Positions 39,318 to 52,257 of a stretch of DNA of 64,000 nt are shown in pieces. The notes beneath the pieces were generated by a model, which worked only from the letters and a program-made list of their open reading frames with translations, made no database searches and was not told the DNA's origin. Numbering within the stretch: the stretch's first letter is position 1; each line of letters starts with the position of its first letter. A program made the translations under genes and the position numbers. Origin of the DNA: Octopus sinensis. Taxonomy: Eukaryota. The DNA lies in assembly GCF_006345805.1 (NCBI RefSeq), contig NC_043006.1, positions 42,160,001-42,224,000 on the forward strand. The letters run 5' to 3'.

Positions 39318-41829
39318 AGAAAAGCTTTATATTACTTAAAACGTATAAAACAAAGATTAAACAAATGCTTGAAAACGTTTAGGACAAACTTATAAAAATG
39401 CTATGAACAGGCAAACAACTCATTCCTTTTATGCATTTACTGTTTTTCTTATTAATTATATAAGCTGTCATCATTTATATATTCTGACAAGTAGGTCTTT
39501 CTTCATCATTTCTTAGTAGTATATTTAGCTACGTCGTATTTAGTTATGTCCCTTGAATTTCTAAGTTTAAATCTTGCCGAGGCCAACATTCCCATTTATC
39601 GTCTGAGATTTACAAATAAGTATCTGCCAAGTATTGAAGTCGTTTATAACAATTATACAAAATTTGTCGTCTTGTGCAATTGTAAGAAATCAATTACTAT
39701 TGTCATCATCAGCATCATCATTATCATTGTCGTCGTTTGTATTACTGGGTCATCATCACCATTATCATTATCACTACTGCTCTCATTAACCGCGTGTTTC
39801 TAATCAACCAAAAACAAAAAAAAGAACACCAAATCATACTCATTAATTACTGTAATATACTGAGTCATTAAATTTTAATTATTTTTATGAAAAATATAAT
39901 AATAAAAACTTGATTGGCCATTTTATGTCATTCGTACAGCTATATTTTGTGACACGAGAAGAGAGAGAAAATGAAAATAAACGGACAGAGAGAGAGTCAA
40001 GCAAATTATGTAGTAGAAAGAGAAAGATAGTTTGGGGAGTCGGAGATTGAGTAAGAGCATGACGGGTGATAGTGACCAATTTAAGGAAAGGGCGAAAAAA
40101 TACGAAATAAATCATAACCAAGAGGCACTTTAACAATTTTATTTTCCTGTTGTTTTTAATATTTAATTTGTTAATTAACCTTGAGACTCATTATTCAATA
40201 TATGAAACACGCAGAAACTACAAAATAAAAAAAAATCAATAACAACATAAATATTGAAATATAGTAAAAATGTTTTAAAAAAGACGAAAATTATAATTAA
40301 AGATAACGATAGTAAAAGCTACGATGTATTGATGAAGAAGACATCTTTTAATATCGTCCATTGATAAATTTGTTAGTATTGATGATGAATATGTACGGTT
40401 ATCTCACAGCTTCCAGTAAACCTAGGTCTTTAGGAAAGACCTTCTTCCTTGCTCCCTTAAACATGATGGGAAAATACTGTTATCGTACCAGATAATATGT
40501 TAATTCTAATGCGTTAGCAGCCATATTGTATGTCTTGTTTTGTTTTGTTTCATTGTGATAACCACTAACCTACCTTTCAGATAAGTGGTTTCATTCATTT
40601 AGTTGTTCGTAGAGGTGGTGGTGGTGGTCAGGGACCCAGTAGTGGTGGGGGTGGGGGTTTAATGGTGGTGATGGTGGGGATATTGATATTGTTGTTGATA
40701 TTCTTTTCTCCTTCTTGGTGGTGGTAATGGTGATGATCTCAGTAATATTGATGTTATAGTTGCCGCTGATGGTGGTGGTGATACCGTGATTGGTGGTAGT
40801 AATTATGTTAGTGATGTTAGTGAGTGTTGGCGGGTTTTGGTGTGTTTGGTGAAGGTGTGGGTTGTGATGTTGCCGGTATTTTATAATGTTCGGAGTTAAA
40901 TGAGATAAAGCTGATAGTTTAAAATGAAAAAAAAAAACAAAAAAAAAAGGATTTCTTTATTTGATGTCAGATGTTAAAATGTAATGGGCGTTCGAAAAAT
41001 ATTGTAGAGAGAATGAATGGATGGTTGAATGGATGGATTAAATGGTTTAGTGAGTTTAAATCCAGACGATGGCAACATCAAACTAAAAAGAACGTTCGTT
41101 TTAACATTGAGATTCATTGATAAATCTGTTCATATTGATAGTGCTGCGTTGAAGTCATGTTGCTGCAACAGTTATTGTTTTTGCTGCTGTTTAACCGTAG
41201 GTCATTTCCAAGCACACACTTATGATCAAAAGTACTTCATTCGTGAGCATACCGTCTTTTTTAGAGTGGGGGGGCACTCTTGAAAACTATATTATCTTAT
41301 GCGTCGCTTTTAAGACTGTGTGGTGTGCTTTGAAGGACATTTGGTTGTTATGTCTAGCAAAAAGGACCACTCACTACAGGCGCGTAAACAGAGTTGCTAG
41401 CCCTACTGCAAACGTATAAAGGGTGCGTTGTGCACCATGCGCCATGCGCCGTGCGCCATACTCCGTGCGCCATGTTGAAAACGGGAAGGAATATGGGACA
41501 GTGTTATTCCCATGGTGTTCTCTTTGTGTTCCTATATTGTTTGAACATGAACTGGAAACTAACCTGTTACATATGTTGCGATGACTATTTATCACTGGCG
41601 TTACCAAGATTACACACAACACCTACTAATTGATGATTTTTTGAAAGAAAATGAGATATATGCAATTTTGGGGCCAGTCTACTAGTAAAACCAGTCTACT
41701 ACTAGAAATGGGGGTTCAAATAGGTGGGGGACAGATGCTTTTCAAACTTGAGAGATCTGCAGATCTTCATCCTAATTTATTTGAAAGATTAGGCTACTAT
41801 AAGAATTGTGGTGAATGGTAGGAGGCCAA

Positions 41830-42715
41830 ATGCTACACATGCAGTAACATCAAACACCAAAGCTTTATTCTCTCAAGAGAGTGAAAACGTTTGACTGGTA
41901 ACACCCCAACCACAATAACAGCAATGGCATCGACATCGTAATCAACACCTAGAGTGTCGTCAGGAAGTGACGGCCCTCCGTCTGCTAGCAATGCAGTCAT
42001 TGGCCGTTTGTCAGATGGATATTTTCACAGCCCGTCTCTTTGACGGAGCTACAGTCCCGGATCAAGCAAAGGCTACAACACGATGCAATGCGTTCGAGGG
42101 AAGTAATTCATATGTATCTTATATACGGCTAGCGGTGGGCAAGAGCGACGACGTTGTCGGAGAGATTCTAGGTGTCGGTTGACTGCCTGGTCTGATCCGG
42201 AAGATTTTCGGTTCAGAGTCGATGGCTAGTTTGCAGAAGTCATTGTCTTGCCAATGCAATCAGTGCTAGTTTGGGATACTTTCTACAGGCATAGAAGTGC
42301 TGCCAGCCACCCCTGCGCGTAGAGCTACAAAATTGTTCTGCACGCGCTCAAGCAATTCCCGAGCATTGTTGACATGGAGATTTATGTCGAACACCTATTG
42401 ACGCATATTGGGCAGATCCTACCATCGCCTTACTTCATTGTGAAAATCGTACCCCTGCCTCCAAGTGCTTAGTTGTATGGTTGTCTTAGCGAAAGCGGTT
42501 GCATCGCAAGCCAGACTGAAAGGATTGAAGACAGACACTTCCCGTTTGTCCAAAACCTCAACTTTTCCGAGATTCACTTGGCAAAGGATGTAAGGATAGA
42601 GAGAGGAGTGCAGAAAATTCCTTTGAAACGTGACTGAGAATGGCAAAGACGGTCCGGGTGAACTGGTTCCTCTTAACCTACGCTTGTAGGATAAAGGAGG
42701 AAGATAGGGAGAGGC
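41830..42715 (+). mobile_element. Possible decayed retrotransposon ORF1 (gag-like) region
   Basis: GC-richer segment. One frame gives YKIVLHALKQFPSIVDMEIYVEHLLTHIGQ...VKIVPLPPSA*LYGCLSESGCIASQT, like a broken zinc knuckle; many stops. Confidence 0.3.
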
Positions 42716-43468
42716 CACGTGCCCTAGTGGTCAGGATATAAGGTTTAGGGCAATTTCATCCGTCTTTACGTTATGAGTTCAAATTCCGACGAGGTCAACT
42801 TTACCTTTTATCCTTTCGGGGTCGATAAAATAAGTACCAGTTGATCACTGGGTCCGATGTAATCAACTTACTTATTCCTCCGAAATTACTAATCTTGTTC
42901 AAAAATTTCAAATCAATATTACTTCCTTGGTTTCATGTTCTGGCAACAAGGCCAACCACTTCGTGGTGGGGCGGGGTGAGTCGACTACATCGAACCTCGT
43001 GATCAACTGGTACTTATTTTATCGACCCCGAAAGGATGAAAGGTAAAGTTGACCTCGGCGAAATTTGAACGCAGAATTTAAAGAGAGACGAAATGCTGTT
43101 AAACATTTTACCCAGCGTGCTAACGATTCTGCCAGCTCGCCGCCTTATAGTTTAACATGAATCTGTATTATACCCGCTTCAGCCGTGTCAATCAGAAAGA
43201 GATAAACTTGACGCAAAGACCGTACCCTTTCACAATAAATTCCAGATTTCAATGCGGCGTGCTGGTAGAAACGTTAGCACACCGGGCGAAATGCTTAGCA
43301 GTATTTCGTCTGTTTTTACGTTCTGAGTTCAAATTCCGTCGAGGTTGACTTTGCCTTTCATCCTTTAGGGGTGGATAAATTAAATACTAGTTGCATACTG
43401 GGGTCGATCTAATCGATTGGCGCCCTCCCCAAAAAATTTCGGGCCCTGTGCCTAGAGTAGAAAAGAAT
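42716..43468. mobile_element. Three SINE B copies in +/-/+ orientation just upstream of the nAChR exon (42716-42920, 42940-43146, 43232-43468)
   Basis: Head and body motifs on alternating strands. Confidence 0.82.
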
Positions 43469-43579
43469 AAATTCCAGATTTTTTTCGTCTATATTTTTTT
43501 TAAAATCATTATTCTTATTGTTGCTATTTTTATTTCACTTGTTTCTTTTTTTCTTTTTCTTTTTTGCTTTTCACCATAG

Positions 43580-43689
43580 AAATGGAACGATACAAATTTG
43601 GTTTGGAACCCCGAGGACTTTGGAAATATAACACTTATTCGATTGCCGCCGAAAAAATTATGGAAACCTGATATATTAATGTACAACAG
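43580..43689 (+). CDS. Internal coding exon of a nicotinic acetylcholine receptor subunit (Cys-loop ligand-binding domain, alpha7-like exon-4 equivalent)
   Basis: Polypyrimidine tract ending ttttcaccatAG, then 110 bp, then GTaaat. Translates KWNDTNLVWNPEDFGNITLIRLPPKKLWKPDILMYN+AG, with the W-x-D-x2-L-x-W and WKPDILMYNS motifs. The 110-bp length and phase 0/phase 2 boundaries match exon 4 of alpha7-type genes. The exact subunit cannot be assigned from one exon. Confidence 0.93.
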
Positions 43690-43784
43690 GTAAATAACAG
43701 GATTTTATTTACATGTAAAGCTGTTGGCATTTCGTGATCTCTTTCCAGAAATAAGAAAGAAAATGTAAAATCTGTTAATTATTG

Positions 43785-43950
43785 TTGTTCTTGTTGTTGT
43801 TGTTGGTGGTGGTGGTGGTGGTGGTGGTGGTTTTGGTGGTGGTGGTGCTGGTTTTAGTGGTGGTGATGGTGATGGTGGTTGTGGTGGCGGTAGTGGTGAT
43901 GGTGGTGGTGGTGGTGGTGGTGGAGGTTTTAGTGGTGGTTGTGATGATGT
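43785..43950. repeat. (GTT)n/(GGT)n tract
   Basis: Seen directly. Confidence 0.9.
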
Positions 43951-44522
43951 CAACAATGCGTCGCTTCCGGTTGTATTTTAGCTGTTTTTCAAAGATGCAG
44001 GTTCAAGATTTTTTTCCTCTTTGAAATACAGGTATAACTGAACCTGGGAGCAAGAGTGGGAGAGAGTTGTGGTGAAAAACATAAGTTTTTAATGATTCTG
44101 GGGAACTCCACATTTCCTCCGTTATTTTTGCCCTACGGGTCGGAATTTGTGGATTATTTCCGTGGAATTTGCTCATTTCTGAAAAACAAAGTCTAAAAAT
44201 AAGCATAACCTTGAATTATCCGGCAAAATTCAAGGGAGCGAAATTACCGAATGGAATCACTGTTTTGACTCTGCCTTTTCCATTTACAGAATTAACACAG
44301 GTTATAGGAACATAAAACTTCTTCCACGAAAAGATAGCTTGAACTGTGCTCTAAATGGTGTAGTCAAATCTCATTTTATGGACTCAGCCATGTTCTAAAA
44401 TAAGTCGAAAGTTAATCTACTATAAATCGGCACGAACTTTCCGGACAACCCAATAGAATAAAATACAGAAAACTTAGTTTAAATTATCACTTTAAAATTA
44501 CAGCAAATTCTACCACCATTAT

Positions 44523-44705
44523 GGTATTCCGTCGGTTGCGACGACGAGGCTTCCAGTTGATCCGATCAATGGAACAGCCTGCCTGTGAAATTAACGTGCA
44601 ACTGGCTGAGCACTCTACAGACACGTGTACCCTTAACGTAGTTTTCAGGGAGATTCAGCGTGACACAGAGTGTGATAAGGCTGGCCCTTTGAAATACAGG
44701 TATAA
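44523..44705 (-). mobile_element. SINE family C, 3' part
   Basis: ccgtcggttgcgacgacgagg...cccttgaaatacaggt-like segment matching 23072. Confidence 0.8.
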
Positions 44706-44996
44706 CCGAAACTGAGAGCAAGAGTTGGAGAGAGTTGTGGGGAAAGAGTACAAAAGGGTTCGCCACCACCCACTGCTGGAGCTTCGTGGAGTTGTAGGTG
44801 TTTTCGGTCAATAAACACTCACAATGCCCGGTCTGGGAATCGAAACCGCGATTTTACGACAGCGAGTCCACTAATAATAACATAATATTAACATAATAAA
44901 GAAAAAATCAAGACACATCGACCAAAAAACATCGTATTTAGCAGATTCATCAGCTCTGTGCGTCAGGTAAAAAAAAAATTTATTTATTGTCTAAAG

Positions 44997-45350
44997 CAGT
45001 AGTTTTCAACCAGGTCCACACGGCCCCTAAGGGTTCATATAAGATTTTGGGGTGTCCACGTAACAAAATAGTAAATTGGGGATCCACAAACAGTGTTTTA
45101 AGGGCCCCAGAAAATATTTTGCTTTAGACGTGTGTATTGGTATGCATTGCAAGAAACAGCTAGGTTTCTTTCTCTAGCATTTTACATCGTTCAATATACA
45201 CAAGTTAATGTTTGAAAAACAAAATAGAAAATTTTTTTTAAGTATCTATAAAACTGGTTTTTAAACATCGAATAGGGATAGGGTTCCACCAGAATAAAAT
45301 AGTAATCAAAGGGGTCCATAAATAATAAAAAAGATGGTTGAGAACCTGTG
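44997..45350. mobile_element. hAT/Charlie-type MITE
   Basis: TIR cagtagttttcaacc / ggttgagaacctgtg; degenerate 8-bp flanks gtctaaag / atctaatg. Confidence 0.7.
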
Positions 45351-45616
45351 ATCTAATGAATCAAAAATTATCCTTACGAGGTCTGGCCGAAACATAGCTT
45401 TAAATATATCAGAATCCATCCAACAAGAAACCAATCTCAAAACTTGTTTACAAATCTATTGGAGTAAAACGTCGGAAAATAGAGGAGGCGATACGTCAAC
45501 AAATAGAAAATTGCTTCAGATTAATCTAAGAAACGAAAGCTTGTGATACTAGGTGTAAAGCGCAATATAGTAGAAGTGATATTTCTGCCAATAAATGATA
45601 GGACAGGATAAAATCT

Positions 45617-45860
45617 CTTCCCAAGTCATATAGACTCATAGGGCCGCCGGTTTTCCTATTTCTGTGACGTATATATTGTGCCCTGGACGAGACGCCAGTC
45701 CGTCGCAGGATAACTCATTTTTACCAGCTGAGTGGATTGAAGCAACATGAAACGAAGTGTTCTGCTCAAGAACACAACGCATCGCCCGGTCCCGGTCCAG
45801 GAATCGAAACCACAATCAATCGGTTATGAATCCAACACCCTAAGCCATGCGCTTTCACGA
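45617..45860 (-). mobile_element. SINE sharing the family C central domain but with a different tail
   Basis: actcatttttaccagctgagtgga...ctcaagaacacaac joined to ggacgagacgccagtccgtcgcagg. A decayed + copy lies at about 60790-61000. Confidence 0.65.
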
Positions 45861-47135
45861 CAGTAGACGAGGTCAGGAAGCACTCCACAACAACCCTAAT
45901 GAGTGATGAATAGGTCTTCATACCAATTTACCTTGGTTGTAGGTCAGTAAAAATAGAAATAGTGGACGTGACCCAAAAAGTAAAAATCTGTGAAGGACAA
46001 CTCCGCTCTTCGACACAGAAGACAAGACTAATATTTTGTTGGTCCAGAAGCTGCGGACACAAAGAGAGTTACATGAGATCAGAGATTAAAAACGATAGCG
46101 GAAGAAACGAAATGTGAAAGATTTAAAAGGAGATTTACATACAATTATTGCTTGGGGAAAAAAAGGAACAGAAAAAACGATAAGAAAAAGAGAGACAGTT
46201 GGGAGACAGAGATAGATGAAGATAGAGAAAAGATAGAAAAGAGACAGACAGACAGACAGATGTATGAAGATGAGAAGAAAGCAAGTGTGTGGGAAAGAGA
46301 GTAAAGATATGAATTATTTAACAGTAAATACACAATCTGCAAAAATTCAATGGAATCAAAACTCAGAAAAAAAAGCTGTTGGCAAAATAATACTCGGTTC
46401 CATTAGAGAATAAGAGTGCTTCTGTTCATTTTTTCCTTTTTTTTTAATGACACGCATTATTCAATGAGGATTCTAGAAAGTTCTTTCCCAATGTTTATAG
46501 TTAATAAGCTCCAAAAATGAAAAAAACATATTAAGAATAAAATACCTTTTTTTTCATTGATTTCACTTCTACATTAAAATCTAATATCGATTAGTTGTCA
46601 GACAAAATTAATTGCGCACTATCGGAAGTGACAGCTGTACAAAGTTGTAGGGTTTGCTGTCGCAATAATTCGCTACTATCGAGTTATTTTTTTAATATCA
46701 AAGTTGAAATAAATACCAAAAGACAGGCAAGAGGAATAAAAAAAATAAAACACCATTCGGTTTCTTTTCCGAATTCCTTATGTCAGTTAAACATTCTTCA
46801 CAGAAGACACATCATACCATGAAGACGCCAAACTTAGAGGAATCTCTTCTCAGAGAAAGATGCTTCACTCATATTTATATGCATGGCGCACAAATGTTTT
46901 ATACACATATCCTTGCTTATCACGGATGTTTGGTTAAAATAAACTCAGTAATAAATAAATCAGTGATAACTGAATCATCTGCACGTACATTCTAAACGAA
47001 GCCAACATGAGATTTATTGTCATCAAATTCGAGACCCACAGCAACGAAACTACCACCATCAAGTATTCTTTTGGCAATCTCTTCTTTTTCCTGTTGAAGA
47101 TATACTCGTATACATATATTTTTTTTTTATGACCA

Positions 47136-47508
47136 AGCGCCTGTACTGTGGTAAGTAGCTTGCTTACCAACCACATGGGTCCGACTGTGTGGCACCTTGG
47201 GCAAGTGTCTTTTACTATAGCCTCGGGCCGACCAAAGCCTCGTGTGTGGCTTTAGTAGGCAGAAACTGGAAGAAGCCCTTCGTACATATATACATATATG
47301 TATGTCTGTGTGTCTGTATTTGTCCCCCCATCATGACTTGACAACCGACGTTGGTGTGTTTACGTCCCTGTAACTTAGAGGTTCAGCAAATGAAGACTCA
47401 TAGAATAAGTATTAGGCTTACAAAGAATAAGCCCTGGGGTCGATTTATTCGTCTAAAGGCGGTGCTCCAGCATGGCTGCAGTCAAATAACTGAAACAAAT
47501 AAAAGAAT
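47136..47508 (+). mobile_element. SINE family A, near full length
   Basis: All modules present. Confidence 0.85.
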
Positions 47509-47632
47509 ACTATATATGTATAGTTCAGATTTACAGAAAAACAAAAGACGAAGACTGGTATAAGACCAACAAGTAGGTGTATTGGTTTATATATATATAT
47601 ATTATATATATATATATAGTATATATATATAG

Positions 47633-47671
<39 letters not shown>

Positions 47672-47691
47672 TTATATATATATATATATAG

Positions 47692-47755
<64 letters not shown>

Positions 47756-47994
47756 TTTATATACCTATTAACTAAGTGCTTATATAGATATAAGGATGGA
47801 GCGAGAGCAGAAGATAAAATTGATTATCATTTTTGACGTTTGCTTTCAGAAATTTGCTACAGTGTTGCAAATAGACAACTTCCAGTGCAAAATGTAATCA
47901 TGTGAATGCTAGTATAATATCGAAGAACCGTAGTCTTTAAAATAATAGCTAACAGTTATTGAGATAATCCATGTGTTCGATATTATAGAAGAAT

Positions 47995-48230
47995 AAAGTA
48001 ACGAGCCGGCAGAATCCATAATCGTTAGCACGTGAAGCAAAATGCTTCACAGCATTTTCTCCTGGCTCTTTAAGTTCTGAGTTCAAATCCTGCTGAGGTC
48101 AATATTGCCTTTTATCTTATCGGGGTTGATAAAATAAAATACTTGTCAAGTACTGGGGTCGATGTAATCGATTAGCCCTGACCTCTAAAATTTCAGGCCT
48201 TGTGTATATGATAAAAAGAAAAATATATTG
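47995..48230 (+). mobile_element. SINE B
   Basis: Head, body and tail 1. Confidence 0.75.
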
Positions 48231-48266
48231 TAGAACCTTAAGGTTAAATGAGCTGGCAGAAACGTT

Positions 48267-49998
48267 TGTTATTGTTTTTGAGTAGAAAGTGTGAGTCCTA
48301 TTATTGTAAACCTGTTATTTCTTAAATTGTTGAATTATTGTTATTACTTGAATTTGTTGGAATTTTTATTTGTCTTCCTCATTTATGGGCGAAGTTGTGA
48401 AGAACATTATTATTATGGAGAATAGACAAGTGCAGACAGGCAGTTATGCTGCGGCGACTGGAAAAAGCCTGTCAGCGGAGCTACTGCAGGTCCGTGAAAT
48501 AGAAGTCAAAGACAAGGACTTCAAGAAATACAATATCTTGTTGAGAAAGGAGGGAGACAGTCTCAGACTGACGCCTCCCAAGGAAGTTATTGAAAATACC
48601 GAGAAAAGAGAACTATCATCTATAGAACGCTAAATATAGCGTCGAAGAAAGTAGAGATAGCAGCCGTAGAAGCGGTAGAGGAATATTTGAAAGAGGTGAA
48701 AGAATCGATTACATTCTACACCAGAGGACGAAAGTTCGGTACGGTGGAGGTGCGCTTCGTAAACGAAAATGAAGCAAAGAAGTACTCCACTGTAGCCTTG
48801 AAATCAGCGGAGTGGGCACTACTACCTACTTACTGTGGCAAACGTGCGGCCAGAGTAAGGATAGGTAGAGTGCCCCCTGAAACTGATGAGGCATGGTTAG
48901 TGGCAGCCATCCTCTATCATACAGAGGAAGATGCAGAAGTTTAAAAAATGTCAAAGACTACGGAGGTAAACTGGTGGGGATATCGGCTAGAACTAATAGT
49001 CGATATAAGCCTACCAGAACTCCTTAAGATTATGGAAGAGCTGGTGTTGCCAGACGAGACCAGATTAAGGATTGTTGTGGAAAGTAGACCTCCAATATGT
49101 TTTGCGTGTGGAGTAAGGGGACACATGAAAGCTAAATGTCCCTAGAAACACGAGGAGGAAATAACAGAAACAGAAATTCAAGAAGAGAGTACAGTTGTAG
49201 CAAAGAAGAAAATGGACGGGCAATTTACGATGGTGAACAGAAAACAGAATTTAGAGTCACCACCTAAAAGCCCCAACGAGAAAAAAAAGAAAAACAAACG
49301 GGAAAGAGAACATGAAAGAAAAGAAGAAAAATGGAAAATCAAATGAAAAATCAAATGAAAAATCAAGTGAAATGCGAACTCAGGAACCGTTGCCTTCAAC
49401 CAGTAAAGAAGAAGAAGGAGCACGACAGAAGAACGAAAACGAAAGAGACAGCGAATTTGAGACAGAGAAAACTGTGTCGGACGAAGAGAGTGGTGAAAGA
49501 TATCAGAGAAAGATATCTACCGGGAGAAATTTACGAAACCTCATAGAATACGAAAAAAGTGTTGAAATCGAAAAGGGAGATGAAAAATGTTATCAGAGTG
49601 AAATCGGCAAACTCAGGAGGTAAGAAGGGCGTGCTATTGGGGAGAGATTAGTAGAACTGTTTGAAAAAAAAAAACAGAGTTGTAATATCACCACTTCAGT
49701 TTAGATACGACGAGTTACCGCCTGTTGTAATTTTCGACGATCTTATGCAATATTTGTTGTAATTGTATGTTTAAAAAACAAAAGAAATACATGACTGTAA
49801 AGTGAACTGTAATTTCAAATAACAGTAAAATGAAACTGCTTACTTGGTGGGGGGGGGCGACTAAGCCATTTCATCCTCATTTTTTATCATGGTCATAGTT
49901 CATTCGATATGTGTTTTATATGTACCTCAATGCCTTGTTTTGTCTGTCCTTGCGGTGTCCCCACTTCATAAAGGCCATATGCCTAAATAAAAGAAATC
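48267..49998 (+). mobile_element. ORF1-only (HAL1-like) non-LTR retroelement, decayed ORF1 from ATG 48415 with a CCHC knuckle, bounded by a 17-bp TSD
   Basis: SYAAAT N-terminus; CFACGVRGHMKAKC at 49098-49139; K/E-rich tail; no EN or RT; ends taaataaaagaaatc. Flanks gagctggcagaaacgtt (48250-48266) / gagctggcagaatcgtt (49999-50015). Confidence 0.8.
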
Positions 49999-50660
49999 GA
50001 GCTGGCAGAATCGTTAGCACGGAGGTTGGAAAAATGCTTTGTGTTATATGCTTTCGTTCTAAGTTCAAATCCTGTCGAGGTCAACGTTACTCGTCATCCT
50101 TTCGGGGTTGGTAAGATATATTATCAGTCATATTTCCAAAATTCGAAACCATTCAAACATGACGAGCTGGTAGAAAGGCTAGAGCATTGGATAAATGCTT
50201 TTGTGTTATTTATTCCGGCTCTTTACGTTCTGAGATCGAATCACACCGAGGTCGACTTTGCCTTTTATCCTGGGGATCAATGTAATCGACAAGCCCTCTT
50301 ACAAAAAATTTCAACCATCGTGCCTATAATAGAATGAATATTATAAAACCTTTATAACGAAAACATGTATGGCGAGAAAAAACGCAACCCGTTCTTCTAG
50401 ATATAGTCTCTCTTACACAATAAACGGCGAGCTAGCAGAATCGTTAGCACGTCGGGCGAAATGCTTAGCGGTATTTCGGCTGCCGTTACGTTGTGAGTTC
50501 AAATTCCGCCGAGGTCGACTTTGCCTTTCATCCTTTCGGGGTCGATAAATTAAGTACCAGTTAAGCACTGGGGTCGATATAATCGACTTAATACCTATGT
50601 CTGTCCATGTTTGTCTCCTCTATGTTTAGCCCCTTGTAGGTAATAAAGAAATAGGTATTC
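49999..50660 (+). mobile_element. Cluster of three SINE B copies
   Basis: Heads at 49999, about 50162 and 50424. Confidence 0.8.
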
Positions 50661-50831
50661 TTATGAGTGTTCGTTTCTACATATTTGTTTGCGCAGTTTA
50701 TGATCATAATATCCCAGGTTTACTTCCAGGACAGAGCAGCTCTTGCGTCTTTAAATATAATACTTTATTTCTCGGTGCTCAAACCTACCCAACTGTGATG
50801 AGCTCTAGCTGTAAGCATCCCTGAGTTTATC

Positions 50832-50883
<52 letters not shown>

Positions 50884-52257
50884 CCCTTTCCCCAGCTATT
50901 ATATCCCGGGTGCTCCGTCGGGTCAAAAGTGTGAAGGTCCAGATCGGGTATATATCTGATTGTGACCGAAAAAGTACCTAAAACAAATTAGCGAAAGAAT
51001 CGCACAGACTGCCAAGTCATGTTCCCTTGCGAGAGAAAACTTATTAAAAAAAAAATTAATAATACTTTATGCACTTTCATTCTCTTTTCCATTCTGTTTC
51101 CAAAACAAGACTTGCCAACAAAATATAAAAATCTATGTTCTTATCCAGCGATGTTGATAATATATAACAATAGGTATTGGTTCCTTTTAAAGGCTATTTC
51201 GGTCTCCAATACTAACATATGAAGCATTCATTGTGTTTTTCTAAAGAAATTTCCTGAATTTACTGAATATTTTAATTTGCAATCTGTTTGTGAGATGCAA
51301 CGTTTCGTTGTTGTTGTTGTTGTTATGCCTTTGTGTTTATCTTTTCTGGGTATTAAACAATGTTGCAGTTTGTATGTTTTTTTTATTACTGTTGTAATAT
51401 TTGTGTTTATTTGAATGTGTAATTTATGTGTGCGTCTCGGGTATACACGTAAAAGTTTACGTTCTTTTCATGTATGATGTGTATAAAATTGAACTGTCTT
51501 CTCTGCTTTTGTGTATGTGTGCGTTTTGTATCCGTGTGTGAGAGTGTATGTGAACATGTCTGTGTATGTACTTGGTTTTATACTTGCGTTTTGTGTAAGA
51601 AACCGTGTGGTTTGTATTTATTACGCGTTGGTATGTATTTTGCTAAGGAGTGTTTGTGTGCGTGTGCCTTTATGTGTGTGTTCGAGCGTGCGTGAAATGA
51701 GTTGGTTGTGCGAACAAAATACAATTTTATATTACTTGGGCTCAAACAACCGATGTATAAAACCAGAGAGAAGTAATAAATAAATATTTAAATAGATCAG
51801 TTTTGGATTTAAGACAATAACCAACATTGTATTTTTAGAACTTTTACGCTTTTAGAATCAAAAAATGATAATATTATATTCGCATCTTTTGATCTTTTTA
51901 TCGGCAGAGGAGGAAAAACGCAATTGGCCAAATCTAAAGGTGATCTGCTTACTGGCTGATGGCTTGTATCGTGGCATCACCAGTACTTCGCTGTGTGTCT
52001 GTTAGTAAAAACGTTAAATTTTTAACATTCTAATCTACCTGAATTTAAGTAGGATTTTTTTTTCATAGATAGAATTATATGAATCACTGCCATAAACAAA
52101 AGATGTGCTGTAAAAATGGCGTGAGTTTCAGCAACTTAAAATACTGGAATCAATTCTTACTATATCAATACACAAAGTGATTGATCTCTTCTACGAAAAT
52201 TTGCTCTAGATTCGATGCATGAAAACAGTGAGTTTAACGTTGGATTTCATAGCAAAC

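Noticed and set aside
46790-47090. Minus-strand peptide EKEEIAKRILDGGSFVAVGLEF... (faint doublecortin-like motif)
   Set aside because: In-frame stops, weak acceptor and no partner exons; more likely decayed transposon or chance.
51875-51960. GRGGKTQLAK as a P-loop
   Set aside because: Lacks the GxxxxGK[ST] spacing and sits in a short closed frame.
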